A stretch of 64,000 nt of DNA, taken from the NCBI GenBank assembly GCA_963713865.1, contig OY970208.1, forward strand, positions 1,568,001-1,632,000, written 5' to 3'. The translations under genes were made by a program, and so were the position numbers. This DNA is from an uncultured candidate division Zixibacteria bacterium. GTDB lineage: Bacteria; Zixibacteria; MSB-5A5; RBG-16-43-9. The notes beneath the pieces were generated by a model, which was given only the letters and a program-made list of their open reading frames with translations, was not told the origin of the DNA and made no database searches. Below are positions 49,946-59,658 of this stretch, piece after piece (within the stretch, counting starts at the first letter, position 1; the number at the start of each line of letters is the position of its first letter).

Positions 49946-52900
49946 ATGGATAAAAATCATAGCTTGAATAAACGAACGAATACTGTTATGTTGAGTCCGC
50001 CACAGGCGGACGAAGCATCTAAATCCCAGGCAGAAGATAGATTCTTCTCCTGCCTTTGGCGGGATCAGAATGACAGGTCTGTTTTTATTTTATTTTTTCT
50101 TTTTCTCTTTTCCCTGATAGCTTATCCCTCTTTTGCTGACGAGAGCAGGATTTTTGAAATCAAAGGGTTAAAGAAAACTGAAAAACAATTGCAGGAAGCA
50201 AAACCCGAATTTATAAGCCGGATCTCCCAGAAAAACCTGTTGGGATTGAAAAGAAAAGGGAAATTTGCACTGCCAGTTTTAGGAGAAGAATATTATGCAC
50301 AAGCAGAGACATTAAAGGTTCTGGGAATCAGGGTTGAATTCGAAGAAGAAATTCCCGATGATCCCAAAACTACGGGAGATGGACTGTTCGACCGCAGAAC
50401 CTACCAACAGCATTATGCAGATGAAGGGTATATTATCGATCCTCCGCCTCACTATAGAAAGTATTTTTTAGCTCACCTGAGAGCTCTTAACAATTACTGG
50501 AATACGGTCTCTAATGGAAAATTAGTTTTAAAATATGAAGTCTATCCATTAGATGAAACCTTAACTTATCAACTGCCTCATACTATCTCTTATTATGGAG
50601 ATCCTGCATCCCCTTATTATCCTTTTGAAGGGTTAAGGCAGTTCTTTCATGATTCTTTTCATTTAGCGGATTCGGCCTCCTCCCCGAAAATAGATTTCTC
50701 AGAGTATGATTGTTTTATAATCTTTCACGCTGGCTCAGATAAACAGAGCGATCTGGGGAGTTTCTCACCTACTTATACCCCGAATGACCTTTTTACCGGT
50801 TTTATCGTTACCGGAGATACAGTTCTGGTAGATGGTGGCAGTTTTGGGATCACCGAGGGAGTACTAATGCCCGAAACCAGGTCCCAGGATAGCCGTATCG
50901 GGGCTTTGAATGCGGTTTTTGCCCATGAGTTCGGGCATCAATTGGGACTGCCGGATTTCTACAATACTAATACCTTTACCACCCAGATAGGGGATTTCTC
51001 CCTAATGGATAATAATGGGTTGGATGTGGGGATCGATCTGGACAGCTGTAGAAGTCCAGTTAACGGTCTTTTACCGGTTTATCCGGATGCCTGGGGAAAA
51101 GCTTATTTAGGTTATATACAACCAGTTGAGATTTTGAACCAGAATGATGTTCAGCTTTATGCATCTGAGTTGTTAAGTGCAGGAGACACACAAACAGTTA
51201 AGGTGCCTATCAATTCAGAAGAATATTTTCTTATTGAGAATCGGCAGACTGATATTGATAATTCAGTTACTAATCTTTTAGCAGACAGTACTACTGGTGT
51301 AGTTTTAGGTCCGGTAAACAACTCAAAACAGCCTAATCGCGAATACGATTTTCTTCTGCCCGGCTCAGGGATTTTGATCTGGCACATTGACGAAGGGGTG
51401 GCTTATTCTGATTTTGATAACGATGGGATAAATAACTTTGATGAGAATGAATTACAAAATAACAAGGACCGGAGATTTATAACCCTGGAAGAGGCGGATG
51501 GAATCATCGATTTCGGCGGGAATTATTATACCGGTTATGGATCGCAGGAAGATATGTATTATCTGGGGAACAACTCCAATTTCACTCCTTACACTTTCCC
51601 CTCCAGCCGGTCTAATAATCGATCTGAAACCCATATATATGTAACCAATATCGGGAGACAAGATACAGTGATGAGCTTTAATGTAAAAAACGATATTTTC
51701 CTTTCAGGCTGGCCTCAGAGGATTATCCCTGGTTCTGATAACAGCTCTTTAGTCTATGGGGATTTAGACGGGGATGGAAAAGAGGAGATAGTCACCGCTT
51801 CAGGAAGACTGATTTATGCTTGGAGAAAGGACGGCTCTAAATTTATTCCAAATTCGGATTCAATCGGAATTTTGGGACTGGATGAGGAATATCATTATTA
51901 TCCTCTGGCTGTTTTTGCAGAAGCGGATACCACCGTTGTTGGCACGCCTTCTTTAGGAGATTTAGATGGAGATGGGATATTAGAGGTAGTCGTGGGAACT
52001 ATGAGTGGTGAGCTTTGTATCTGGCATGCTGAGGACTCAGATTCAAATGGAAGAGCGGATCATTTTATGAATTATAAAGTAGGCAATAAAATCTCAATGA
52101 CAGCTGTCATTGCAGATTTTAATTCTGACGATCCTGGTCCTGAGGTATTTGTCGGAGCGGAGGATGGTAAATGGGTAATGCTGGCTTTTGGTGAATATGT
52201 CATAGCTATCACTGAGGGGAATTATAATGAAAAAATTATCGGGCTGGCTACTACAGATATTGATAGTATAAGTTTTGTTTTAACTGAGAATGATCAATCA
52301 GGTCATTTAAGAAGAACAGATGATTCAGCGGGCTGGATAAAAGATATTCCCTCCAAAAATAATTTCCCTCCAGTGGTTGGGGATATAAACCGGGATAATA
52401 AATTAGAGGTGATAGTTCTTTCTGGAGATGGAAAAATCTATGCCTGGGATATTGATGGTAACCTGTTATCAGGTTTTCCGGTTATAGTAGGGGATATAAG
52501 ATCAGGTCCGGCCTTAGGGGATATTGATGCAGATGGGTATTTAGAGATTATATTTGGCGGTGATAATAAAGTTTATGCTTATAATTATAATGGAGCAATG
52601 GTTACTAATTTCCCGTTTATCATAAATAAAGTGGAGCCAGCCGGGGCAATTTCTTCAACGCCTGTTTTGGGAGATTTGAACGGAGATGGAAATGTTGAAA
52701 TAATTTTCGGACTAAAAGATGGTCAGGTTTTTGCCTTACAGGGTGATGGTTCCAGGTTTACCAGTTTTCCTTTAGCTCTGAGCGGAGAGATTACTTCTTC
52801 CGGTATAGTTTTGAATGATTCGATAGAGATTTACAATGAGGTCATAATTTATATGAGAAGAGACCTTTTCTTTAAAACTGGAGATGGCCTGGTCTATGGT

Positions 52901-53305
52901 TTCTCCCTGGATTTTCATAATACTGATGGAAATGAAAAGACTCCCTGGTTGATGTATGGCTATAATGCAGGACATACTAATTGTCTGCCAACGACTTTTC
53001 TTCCAGAGATACCGGTATATGCTGATCTTATGCCTGAGAAATCGGTCTATAATTATCCTAATCCAGCTAAGGATGAGACTACTATTCGATATTTTCTGAG
53101 CAGAGATGCTTCAGTTGATATAAAGATTTATGACCTTTCAGGAGATCTGGTTGCAGAAACAACCCAGATGGGCAGGAGTAATACTGAGAATGAATATAAA
53201 TGGGATTGCTCTAAATATGCCAGCGGAGTCTATCTCTGCCGGGTAGAAGTAAAATCTTCTGAAGGGAAGAAAGTAGCTTTCTGTAAGATAGCTCTGATAA
53301 AATAG
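49946..53305 (+). CDS. Secreted M6 (immune inhibitor A-like) metalloprotease with FG-GAP repeats and T9SS-type CTD
   Basis: IFHAG, HEFGHQLGLPD, EYFLIENRQ, GILIWHID; GDLDGDG repeats; YNYPNP..ASGVYLCRVE. Confidence 0.9.
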   Translation: MDKNHSLNKRTNTVMLSPPQADEASKSQAEDRFFSCLWRDQNDRSVFILFFLFLFSLIAYPSFADESRIFEIKGLKKTEKQLQEAKPEFISRISQKNLLGLKRKGKFALPVLGEEYYAQAETLKVLGIRVEFEEEIPDDPKTTGDGLFDRRTYQQHYADEGYIIDPPPHYRKYFLAHLRALNNYWNTVSNGKLVLKYEVYPLDETLTYQLPHTISYYGDPASPYYPFEGLRQFFHDSFHLADSASSPKIDFSEYDCFIIFHAGSDKQSDLGSFSPTYTPNDLFTGFIVTGDTVLVDGGSFGITEGVLMPETRSQDSRIGALNAVFAHEFGHQLGLPDFYNTNTFTTQIGDFSLMDNNGLDVGIDLDSCRSPVNGLLPVYPDAWGKAYLGYIQPVEILNQNDVQLYASELLSAGDTQTVKVPINSEEYFLIENRQTDIDNSVTNLLADSTTGVVLGPVNNSKQPNREYDFLLPGSGILIWHIDEGVAYSDFDNDGINNFDENELQNNKDRRFITLEEADGIIDFGGNYYTGYGSQEDMYYLGNNSNFTPYTFPSSRSNNRSETHIYVTNIGRQDTVMSFNVKNDIFLSGWPQRIIPGSDNSSLVYGDLDGDGKEEIVTASGRLIYAWRKDGSKFIPNSDSIGILGLDEEYHYYPLAVFAEADTTVVGTPSLGDLDGDGILEVVVGTMSGELCIWHAEDSDSNGRADHFMNYKVGNKISMTAVIADFNSDDPGPEVFVGAEDGKWVMLAFGEYVIAITEGNYNEKIIGLATTDIDSISFVLTENDQSGHLRRTDDSAGWIKDIPSKNNFPPVVGDINRDNKLEVIVLSGDGKIYAWDIDGNLLSGFPVIVGDIRSGPALGDIDADGYLEIIFGGDNKVYAYNYNGAMVTNFPFIINKVEPAGAISSTPVLGDLNGDGNVEIIFGLKDGQVFALQGDGSRFTSFPLALSGEITSSGIVLNDSIEIYNEVIIYMRRDLFFKTGDGLVYGFSLDFHNTDGNEKTPWLMYGYNAGHTNCLPTTFLPEIPVYADLMPEKSVYNYPNPAKDETTIRYFLSRDASVDIKIYDLSGDLVAETTQMGRSNTENEYKWDCSKYASGVYLCRVEVKSSEGKKVAFCKIALIK
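49983..50076. repeat. TGTCATTCTGAG-family palindrome inside the 5' end of the protease CDS
   Basis: Left arm nearly identical to the reverse complement of the right arm of the 26648 copy; ends cagaatgacag. Confidence 0.8.
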
Positions 53306-53396
53306 TAGAATAATAATGTAGCGGAGGTCTTCGGACCTCCATTGAAAATCAAAAATAAAAAGCAAATAGCGAACAGCAAATTACAAAGGAGGAAAG

Positions 53397-54275
53397 GTGA
53401 ATTACAAAAGATTTAAAATCGCAGGATTGGCTGTAATGATTTTGATTTTATTCTTTTGCTGGTCAAGAGCTGAGTCTTTAGATACTAACGAGGAAAATAC
53501 TCCTTCGATTAATGGCTATTTCGATCAGATAGATTATCAGAGCTCAAAACAGCTCTATAGTTTAACTCAATCTGATTCAGCAAGTAAGCCAAAGCCAAAC
53601 ATAGACGTTTATCATTTTAAAGGGAAATCCACCAAGAGAGGGTTTCTCTACTCTTTGATTTTACCCGGTGCGGGTGAATTTTATGCGGGGTCCAAAATCA
53701 AAGCTGCATTATTTGTTGGTTTAGAAACAGCTTTCTGGACTGGATATTTTACAAATCATAAAAAAGGGAAAGATAAAGAGGATCAGTACATAGATTTTGC
53801 AAATACTCACTGGAGTGAAGAGGCTTATAAAGACTCTTTGTTAAATCGTTATTTAGTAAATATTGATACGATAAAATCCGGCACCAGAATTGGTAATCCC
53901 TACGATAATACAGATTCGATTGATATCATCGAAACACTGCCTTCATCCAAGACCCAGCAGTATTATGAGATGATCGGAAAATATGACCAGTTCAGGTTCG
54001 GCTGGGACGATTATAATGGAGTCGCTTTCGAGACTGCTCACCGGATTTTTTATCTGGACTTGCGACATGATTCCAATGATCTGTTGAATAAAGCTAACCG
54101 TTATGTGATGATTTCATTGGCTAATCATTTATTGTCTGCTTTTGATGCGGCTCTGGCGGTTCGTTCCCATAATCGAAAAGGTGAGAAGTTTTCCACGATC
54201 GACGTAAAGCTGAGGCTGGCAGAATATAACAAGAATGAGATTATACCCAAACTTACGGTTAGTACAAAATTTTAA
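53397..54275 (+). CDS. Exported DUF5683-like protein (paralogue 1)
   Basis: Signal peptide; KSTKRGFLYSLILPGAGEFY; ends LTVSTKF. Confidence 0.65.
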   Translation: MNYKRFKIAGLAVMILILFFCWSRAESLDTNEENTPSINGYFDQIDYQSSKQLYSLTQSDSASKPKPNIDVYHFKGKSTKRGFLYSLILPGAGEFYAGSKIKAALFVGLETAFWTGYFTNHKKGKDKEDQYIDFANTHWSEEAYKDSLLNRYLVNIDTIKSGTRIGNPYDNTDSIDIIETLPSSKTQQYYEMIGKYDQFRFGWDDYNGVAFETAHRIFYLDLRHDSNDLLNKANRYVMISLANHLLSAFDAALAVRSHNRKGEKFSTIDVKLRLAEYNKNEIIPKLTVSTKF

Positions 54276-54290
54276 ACTGAATAAGAGAAG

Positions 54291-55187
54291 ATGAATAAAA
54301 GGTTTTTAAATTATATATGGGTAATAGTCATTTCTCTCCTCTTTGATCTGGTTTTTATAAATCTGGCTTTTGGTGAGGGAAAAAGGTTAGTCAGAACAGA
54401 ACACTATTCTGTCCCTGCACGGTTGAATCAGGGATTGTCGTCAATACCTTTTTCCAGGGAAGTCACTAACCACCTAAAGCTTGTACAGTCCGGGGAAGAA
54501 GGGCAATTCCTATATGGACAGAACTTGCAAAACGAGAAAGAAAAAGGCTCACTCTGGGAGGATGAGTTTCAGAAGACCAGCGGAAGAAAGTCTACCAAGA
54601 AAGCTATGCTCCTTTCGTTACTCTTACCAGGAGCGGGGGAGCTATATGCAGGTAACAAAACCCACTCAAGGATATTTTTAGGGATAGAAGGGTCTATCTG
54701 GGGCAGCTTTTTTGCTTTCAGGACTTATGGTTCCTGGAAGAAAAGAGATTATAAAGGTTTTGCGGCTTTGCACGCTGGGGTGAGTTTAAGTGGAAAAAAT
54801 GACGATTTTTTCGAGGATATAACCTATTATAGTAACCGGGATGAATATAATCAATTTGCCAGATTATATAATGGGGATCAAGCGATAATCTATCCGGAGA
54901 ATGATTTCTGGAACTGGGAATGGGATTCTCAGGATTCCAAGGGGCACTATCGGGAATTACGTAATCAGAGTAAATCAGCTTATAGAAGAGCCTTATATAT
55001 GGTAGGCTTAGCAGCTTTAAATCGAGTAGTGAGTGTCCTGGATGCAGTTCGGAGTGTGAAGAAATTCAATCGTATGCTCGGCTCAGAATTTTCATCTGCC
55101 GATCAAACCGGTTTAAAATTAAGCCTGGATGCTAATTTATTTGGCAAAAATCCTCATTTCAGCTTCAGTTTAAGTAAAAGCTTTTAG
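54291..55187 (+). CDS. Exported DUF5683-like protein (paralogue 2)
   Basis: Signal peptide; KSTKKAMLLSLLLPGAGELY; ends FSLSKSF. Confidence 0.65.
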   Translation: MNKRFLNYIWVIVISLLFDLVFINLAFGEGKRLVRTEHYSVPARLNQGLSSIPFSREVTNHLKLVQSGEEGQFLYGQNLQNEKEKGSLWEDEFQKTSGRKSTKKAMLLSLLLPGAGELYAGNKTHSRIFLGIEGSIWGSFFAFRTYGSWKKRDYKGFAALHAGVSLSGKNDDFFEDITYYSNRDEYNQFARLYNGDQAIIYPENDFWNWEWDSQDSKGHYRELRNQSKSAYRRALYMVGLAALNRVVSVLDAVRSVKKFNRMLGSEFSSADQTGLKLSLDANLFGKNPHFSFSLSKSF

Positions 55188-55220
55188 CTTTTTTATAAAA
55201 TATCCGCCCAAGGCGGGAAA

Positions 55221-56192
55221 ATGAAAATCGATATTGTGAATAACTCCTTTCAAAAGTTAATGTTTTTCTGCCTTTTTATTTCGATGGGTGGTTGTGCTTC
55301 GGTCCCTTCCTGGCAGGTAGATAAAGATACCACATATTCATCTCCTAAAGGGGTTATACCCGTAAAGGTCATAGGAGAAGGCGAGTTAGGCTCGACTGAG
55401 CTCAATCAGCCTCAAGGAGTGGTTATCGATCCAGCCGGGAATCTTTATATAGTTGATTCTGGAAACAATCGAATAGTAAAGTGCAGTCAGGAGGGAGATT
55501 TTCTTAAAGAGATCGGTGGGTTTGGATGGGATAATGGGGAATTCAATCTTCCCAGCTACATCACTATGGATAATGGTCTCTCTCTTTATGTTACTGACAC
55601 CCAGAATAAAAGGGTCCAGAGGTTAGATAACTATTTGAATTTTATTCAGTCGATAAGTTCAAATAATCAGGAGAAGCCTTTTGAAAATAGTCAGCTAAAA
55701 GGGGTAGCTTTATCCAGAAGCGGTGAGCTTTTTTTAGCAGATGCGGAAAACGATTGCATAATTAAACTGGATAATCAATTTGCTTTTCAACAAAAATTTG
55801 GTGGTTTTGAATCTGGTTATGGAGCCCTTAACGATCCACAAGGGATATCAGTTGATACTCGAGGGAATCTCTATGTGGCTGATTCAGGTAACGATCGGAT
55901 TGCCGTATATGATTCTTTTGGGAATTTTCTCAAAGAGCTTGGCAGAGGGCATCTAAACAGACCATATGGTGTAGAGGTAAGTAGAAATGGGGTAGTATAC
56001 GTGGCTAATACTTTTGGGGATAATCTGGTAGCCCTGGATGAAAACGGTAAAATCCTTTTTAAGTTCGGGAAGAGTGGGAGAGGAGAGGGGGAGTTTTCCA
56101 AACCAAAAGATTTAAAAATCTATGAAGGTAAAAAAATCTGTATCGTAGATAGTGGGAATAACCGGATTCAAATATTAGAATTAGTTGAGTAA
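55221..56192 (+). CDS. NHL-repeat beta-propeller probable lipoprotein
   Basis: Lipobox-like SMGGC; repeated P.G..D..GNLY.ADSGN.RI. Confidence 0.88.
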   Translation: MKIDIVNNSFQKLMFFCLFISMGGCASVPSWQVDKDTTYSSPKGVIPVKVIGEGELGSTELNQPQGVVIDPAGNLYIVDSGNNRIVKCSQEGDFLKEIGGFGWDNGEFNLPSYITMDNGLSLYVTDTQNKRVQRLDNYLNFIQSISSNNQEKPFENSQLKGVALSRSGELFLADAENDCIIKLDNQFAFQQKFGGFESGYGALNDPQGISVDTRGNLYVADSGNDRIAVYDSFGNFLKELGRGHLNRPYGVEVSRNGVVYVANTFGDNLVALDENGKILFKFGKSGRGEGEFSKPKDLKIYEGKKICIVDSGNNRIQILELVE

Positions 56193-56201
56193 AAAAGGCA
56201 G

Positions 56202-59200
56202 ATGATACTCTTTTTGGACAGATATTCTGGAATAGCTCTTATCGGTATATTTATCTGTCTGACTACTTCTGATCTTCAGGGACAGCTTTTAGTAAAGAAA
56301 ACTGAAATCAAGTTAAAAGGGGAGGAGACTGCTGGTCCATTTTTTCTCTCAAAAAATTATATCCTTATACATACAGAAAAAGTTTTGAAGGATAGTATTA
56401 TTCTGGAAAGAGAAAAAGATTATATTATCGATTATAATAAAGGGCTCCTCTGGCTTTTTATGCCATTAGAAAAAGACGACACTCTAACAGTAAGTATTGA
56501 GGAGTTTTCATCCGGGATTAAGAAAAGATATTTTCACCGGGAACTTTCCTTTGACCAGGAATCTTTTAATTCAAATGGAGGTCTGATCTACCTCGGGCGG
56601 ACTTCTACATATCCTCTGGATCTTTCTGGTGAAAATTTATCCAGCAGAAAATCTGGTTATAATTTTAAAAAGTCGATTTCGCAAATACCACGGGATAAGG
56701 CTTTTTCCTCCAGTCTTCAGATCTCGGGAAGCAAGAGTTTCTCCCTGGGTTTAGGTAACTCTGATGATTTTTCATTATCTCAGGGGTTAAATCTTACAGT
56801 TTCTGGAAATTTGACCAAGGAGGTTAAGGTCTTAGCCTTGATCTCAGATCAAGGTAAAGGAGGAACCCCGGCTGGTACTACTAAAAGGCTGGAAGAATTA
56901 GATAAGATCTTGATGCAGGTTACCTCTCCCAATTTTAATGGGTTCTTAGGTGATCAGTATCTTACCCTGGAGGGGAATCTTGCTGGCAGATATGAGAAGA
57001 AATTGCAGGGAGCTTCATCTGAGGTAAAATTCAAAGAAAATAGTTTATCTGTTTCCTATGCTTCCTCCAGAGGGAAATATTTTCATAACATCTTCTCAGG
57101 AATGGAAGGGAAGCAAGGTCCCTATTATCTTAAAGGAGAAAATGGAGAAAGGGGAATTCAGATTCTTCCAGGAACAGAGAAGGTTTATCTGGATGGCGAT
57201 CTTCTGGAAACAGGTTCGGATAACGATTATACCATGGATTACCTTAGAGGTGCGATTTATTTTTCATCTACCCGGCTGGTAACAGGTGATTCAAGAATCA
57301 GGGTAGAATTCGAATATTCTGACCAGAGCTATGAGAAAAGTTTCTATAACAGCAAAGCAGAGTTTAATCTGTTTCAAGGTAAGCTGAAGCTTAAAGGTCT
57401 TTTTATAGATGAAAGGGATGATAAGGATAATCCATTATCATTGGCTTTTTCTTCGGAGGACAAAAATATCTTAAAGAATTCAGGCGAGGATAAAAGCAAA
57501 GCTTTTAAAGATGGAGCTCAGTTCGCAGGAGAAGGGAAAGGAGATTATATCCTTTTAGCTGATTCTTCAGGGAATCCATATTATCAATATGCTGGAAAAG
57601 ATAGCGGAACTTATCTGGTTTCCTTTAGCTGGGTAGGTGCTTCAAAGGGGAGTTATGTCTATAAGGGTGGAGGGATTTACAGTTATGTATATCCGGGCAA
57701 TGGTGATTATCTGCCGGTGATATTTCTGCCTTTACCTTCAACTCATTCCCTTCTGGATTTGAGTCTGGATATTAACCTATTTCCGGGGTTTTCATCCGAG
57801 ATAGGCTGGGGCTTGAGCAGAAAAGACCTCAATTCATTTTCGGATTCGGGAGATGAGGATAATTCAGGAAATGCCTTTCTTTTTAGAACAGGACTGGATA
57901 AACAAAACCTATCCGTTTTCGGTCATAACCTCTCCAAACTGAAGTTTGAGGGATTGTATAGAAATCTTGGCGAAAACTACCAACCTCTGGGAAGACTGGA
58001 TGAAATAGAAAAGGAGAGGGTCTGGGGTTTTTCGGATGATTCCACAAAAGGTTCGGAAAAAGTAATAAGATTTAAAAGCGATTTTTCACCAGTTGAAAAT
58101 CTAAGCCTAAACACAGATCTGGGGGTTCTTAAAAAAGGTGATTATTTTGAATCCAGGCGCAGAAGGTTTGAGATTGCCCTTCGCCCTTTCAAAAACTTAG
58201 AAACTAAAGGTTCAACTGAAAATATAAAAAGTAATCAAAAAGATGAACTAATTGACCGGGCTGGAAGTTGGCAGAGAAGGAATTTTTATCTGGAACACAG
58301 ATGGAAAAAGCTCAATACTCAACTTGGCTGGCAGAAAGAGATGCAAACGTTTACTCCACAGGATTCAGCTTTTATAAATAAAAAATATGATGAGCTGAAA
58401 GGGAAGATGAGTTTAGAATCGAGCAGATTATGGGGTGTATCCAGCCAGTTAGTTTATCGAGACGAAAAAAGAAAAGATATTTCCTGGAGAAAAGAGTCGA
58501 ATTCCTATACCTGGCAAAATCGATTAGCTTTAAGAGATTTTAAAGAGGTATTTTCTTCTAATCTTGAACATATATACCGGGAAAAAAATCTTAAATCCGG
58601 AGATAAGACCAGGGGTAATCTGGGGGTTTTGAAATTAGATTATTATCCGATTAATCAATCTATGATTTTGAATCTTTATTATTCAGTCAACCAGTTGGGC
58701 TCGGAGAAAAGAGTAGATAATTACCTGGAGGTAGGGGAAGATAGAGGGGAATACCGGCTTGAGAATGGGGAATATGTTCCTGATCCAGATGGGAATTTTA
58801 TATTACAAAGGGAGATTTTAGATGAATATCTACCCGGGGTAAAATTAGATAAAAGCTGGAGATTGGTTTTTAAACCGGGTAAACTTTTTACCAGAGGTAA
58901 ATTTTTAAAGGAATTTTATACTGATACTTTTATCAGGTCCTCTAATCAGATCTCTGGCAGAGTAAACTGGAGTAGTTTTCTTTTAAACCCTTTCAGCGGA
59001 GGTTCTGCTAAAGAAACAATCCTTAAGGATTGTTTCTGTAGTCAGGACCTTTACCTTTTCCCTTCTGCCCCTTTGAATCTCAGGTTAAGATGGACTCAGG
59101 ATAAAAAAGAAAATCTACTTCTGCTCTCCGGAAAAGACAGAGATTATAAAACCGCTCTGTCCGCTCTTTTTCGTTACAGAGTATCTTTCAAAAATCTTTT

Positions 59201-59657
59201 AGAATCGGAAATCTCTCAGGAGAGAAGAGAAAGGGAGAAATATTATTCTGATTATCTTATAATCGAGGGGAGAAGCCTGAAACTTAACTTTACGCGAAGA
59301 GAAAAGAACTCCCTGGAGATAACTTTAGCCACTAAATTGAAGAGGGAAGTTGAAAAAGAGCTTGGGCTTCAAGTTTACCTATTTGAATTTTCACCCAAGC
59401 TTTCCCTTTCCTTTCTTGGACAGGGAAAAGTTCGCTCTGAGTTTGGTTGGTCAAAGGTTAGCTTTTCACCTGCAGATGAAATATTACCCTGGGAAATGGC
59501 AGAAGGGAAAAAAGAGGGTAATAACTATTCCTGGATTTTAGGTTTTGATTTTAAACTAAATCAAGGTTTTTCAGCTAATTTTAATTATTCGGGGTTAAAA
59601 GAACCGAAAAGAGAGATGAAACACAATGGTAAATTTGAGGTCAAAGCTTATTTTTAA
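56202..59657 (+). CDS. Large (1151 aa) predicted outer-membrane beta-barrel with SprA-like E.V..DG..L....DY..DY..G motifs
   Basis: Two DYIIDYNKG / DYTMDYLRG motifs, long run of amphipathic strands, terminal EVKAYF. Confidence 0.6.
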   Translation: MILFLDRYSGIALIGIFICLTTSDLQGQLLVKKTEIKLKGEETAGPFFLSKNYILIHTEKVLKDSIILEREKDYIIDYNKGLLWLFMPLEKDDTLTVSIEEFSSGIKKRYFHRELSFDQESFNSNGGLIYLGRTSTYPLDLSGENLSSRKSGYNFKKSISQIPRDKAFSSSLQISGSKSFSLGLGNSDDFSLSQGLNLTVSGNLTKEVKVLALISDQGKGGTPAGTTKRLEELDKILMQVTSPNFNGFLGDQYLTLEGNLAGRYEKKLQGASSEVKFKENSLSVSYASSRGKYFHNIFSGMEGKQGPYYLKGENGERGIQILPGTEKVYLDGDLLETGSDNDYTMDYLRGAIYFSSTRLVTGDSRIRVEFEYSDQSYEKSFYNSKAEFNLFQGKLKLKGLFIDERDDKDNPLSLAFSSEDKNILKNSGEDKSKAFKDGAQFAGEGKGDYILLADSSGNPYYQYAGKDSGTYLVSFSWVGASKGSYVYKGGGIYSYVYPGNGDYLPVIFLPLPSTHSLLDLSLDINLFPGFSSEIGWGLSRKDLNSFSDSGDEDNSGNAFLFRTGLDKQNLSVFGHNLSKLKFEGLYRNLGENYQPLGRLDEIEKERVWGFSDDSTKGSEKVIRFKSDFSPVENLSLNTDLGVLKKGDYFESRRRRFEIALRPFKNLETKGSTENIKSNQKDELIDRAGSWQRRNFYLEHRWKKLNTQLGWQKEMQTFTPQDSAFINKKYDELKGKMSLESSRLWGVSSQLVYRDEKRKDISWRKESNSYTWQNRLALRDFKEVFSSNLEHIYREKNLKSGDKTRGNLGVLKLDYYPINQSMILNLYYSVNQLGSEKRVDNYLEVGEDRGEYRLENGEYVPDPDGNFILQREILDEYLPGVKLDKSWRLVFKPGKLFTRGKFLKEFYTDTFIRSSNQISGRVNWSSFLLNPFSGGSAKETILKDCFCSQDLYLFPSAPLNLRLRWTQDKKENLLLLSGKDRDYKTALSALFRYRVSFKNLLESEISQERREREKYYSDYLIIEGRSLKLNFTRREKNSLEITLATKLKREVEKELGLQVYLFEFSPKLSLSFLGQGKVRSEFGWSKVSFSPADEILPWEMAEGKKEGNNYSWILGFDFKLNQGFSANFNYSGLKEPKREMKHNGKFEVKAYF

Positions 59658-59658
59658 A

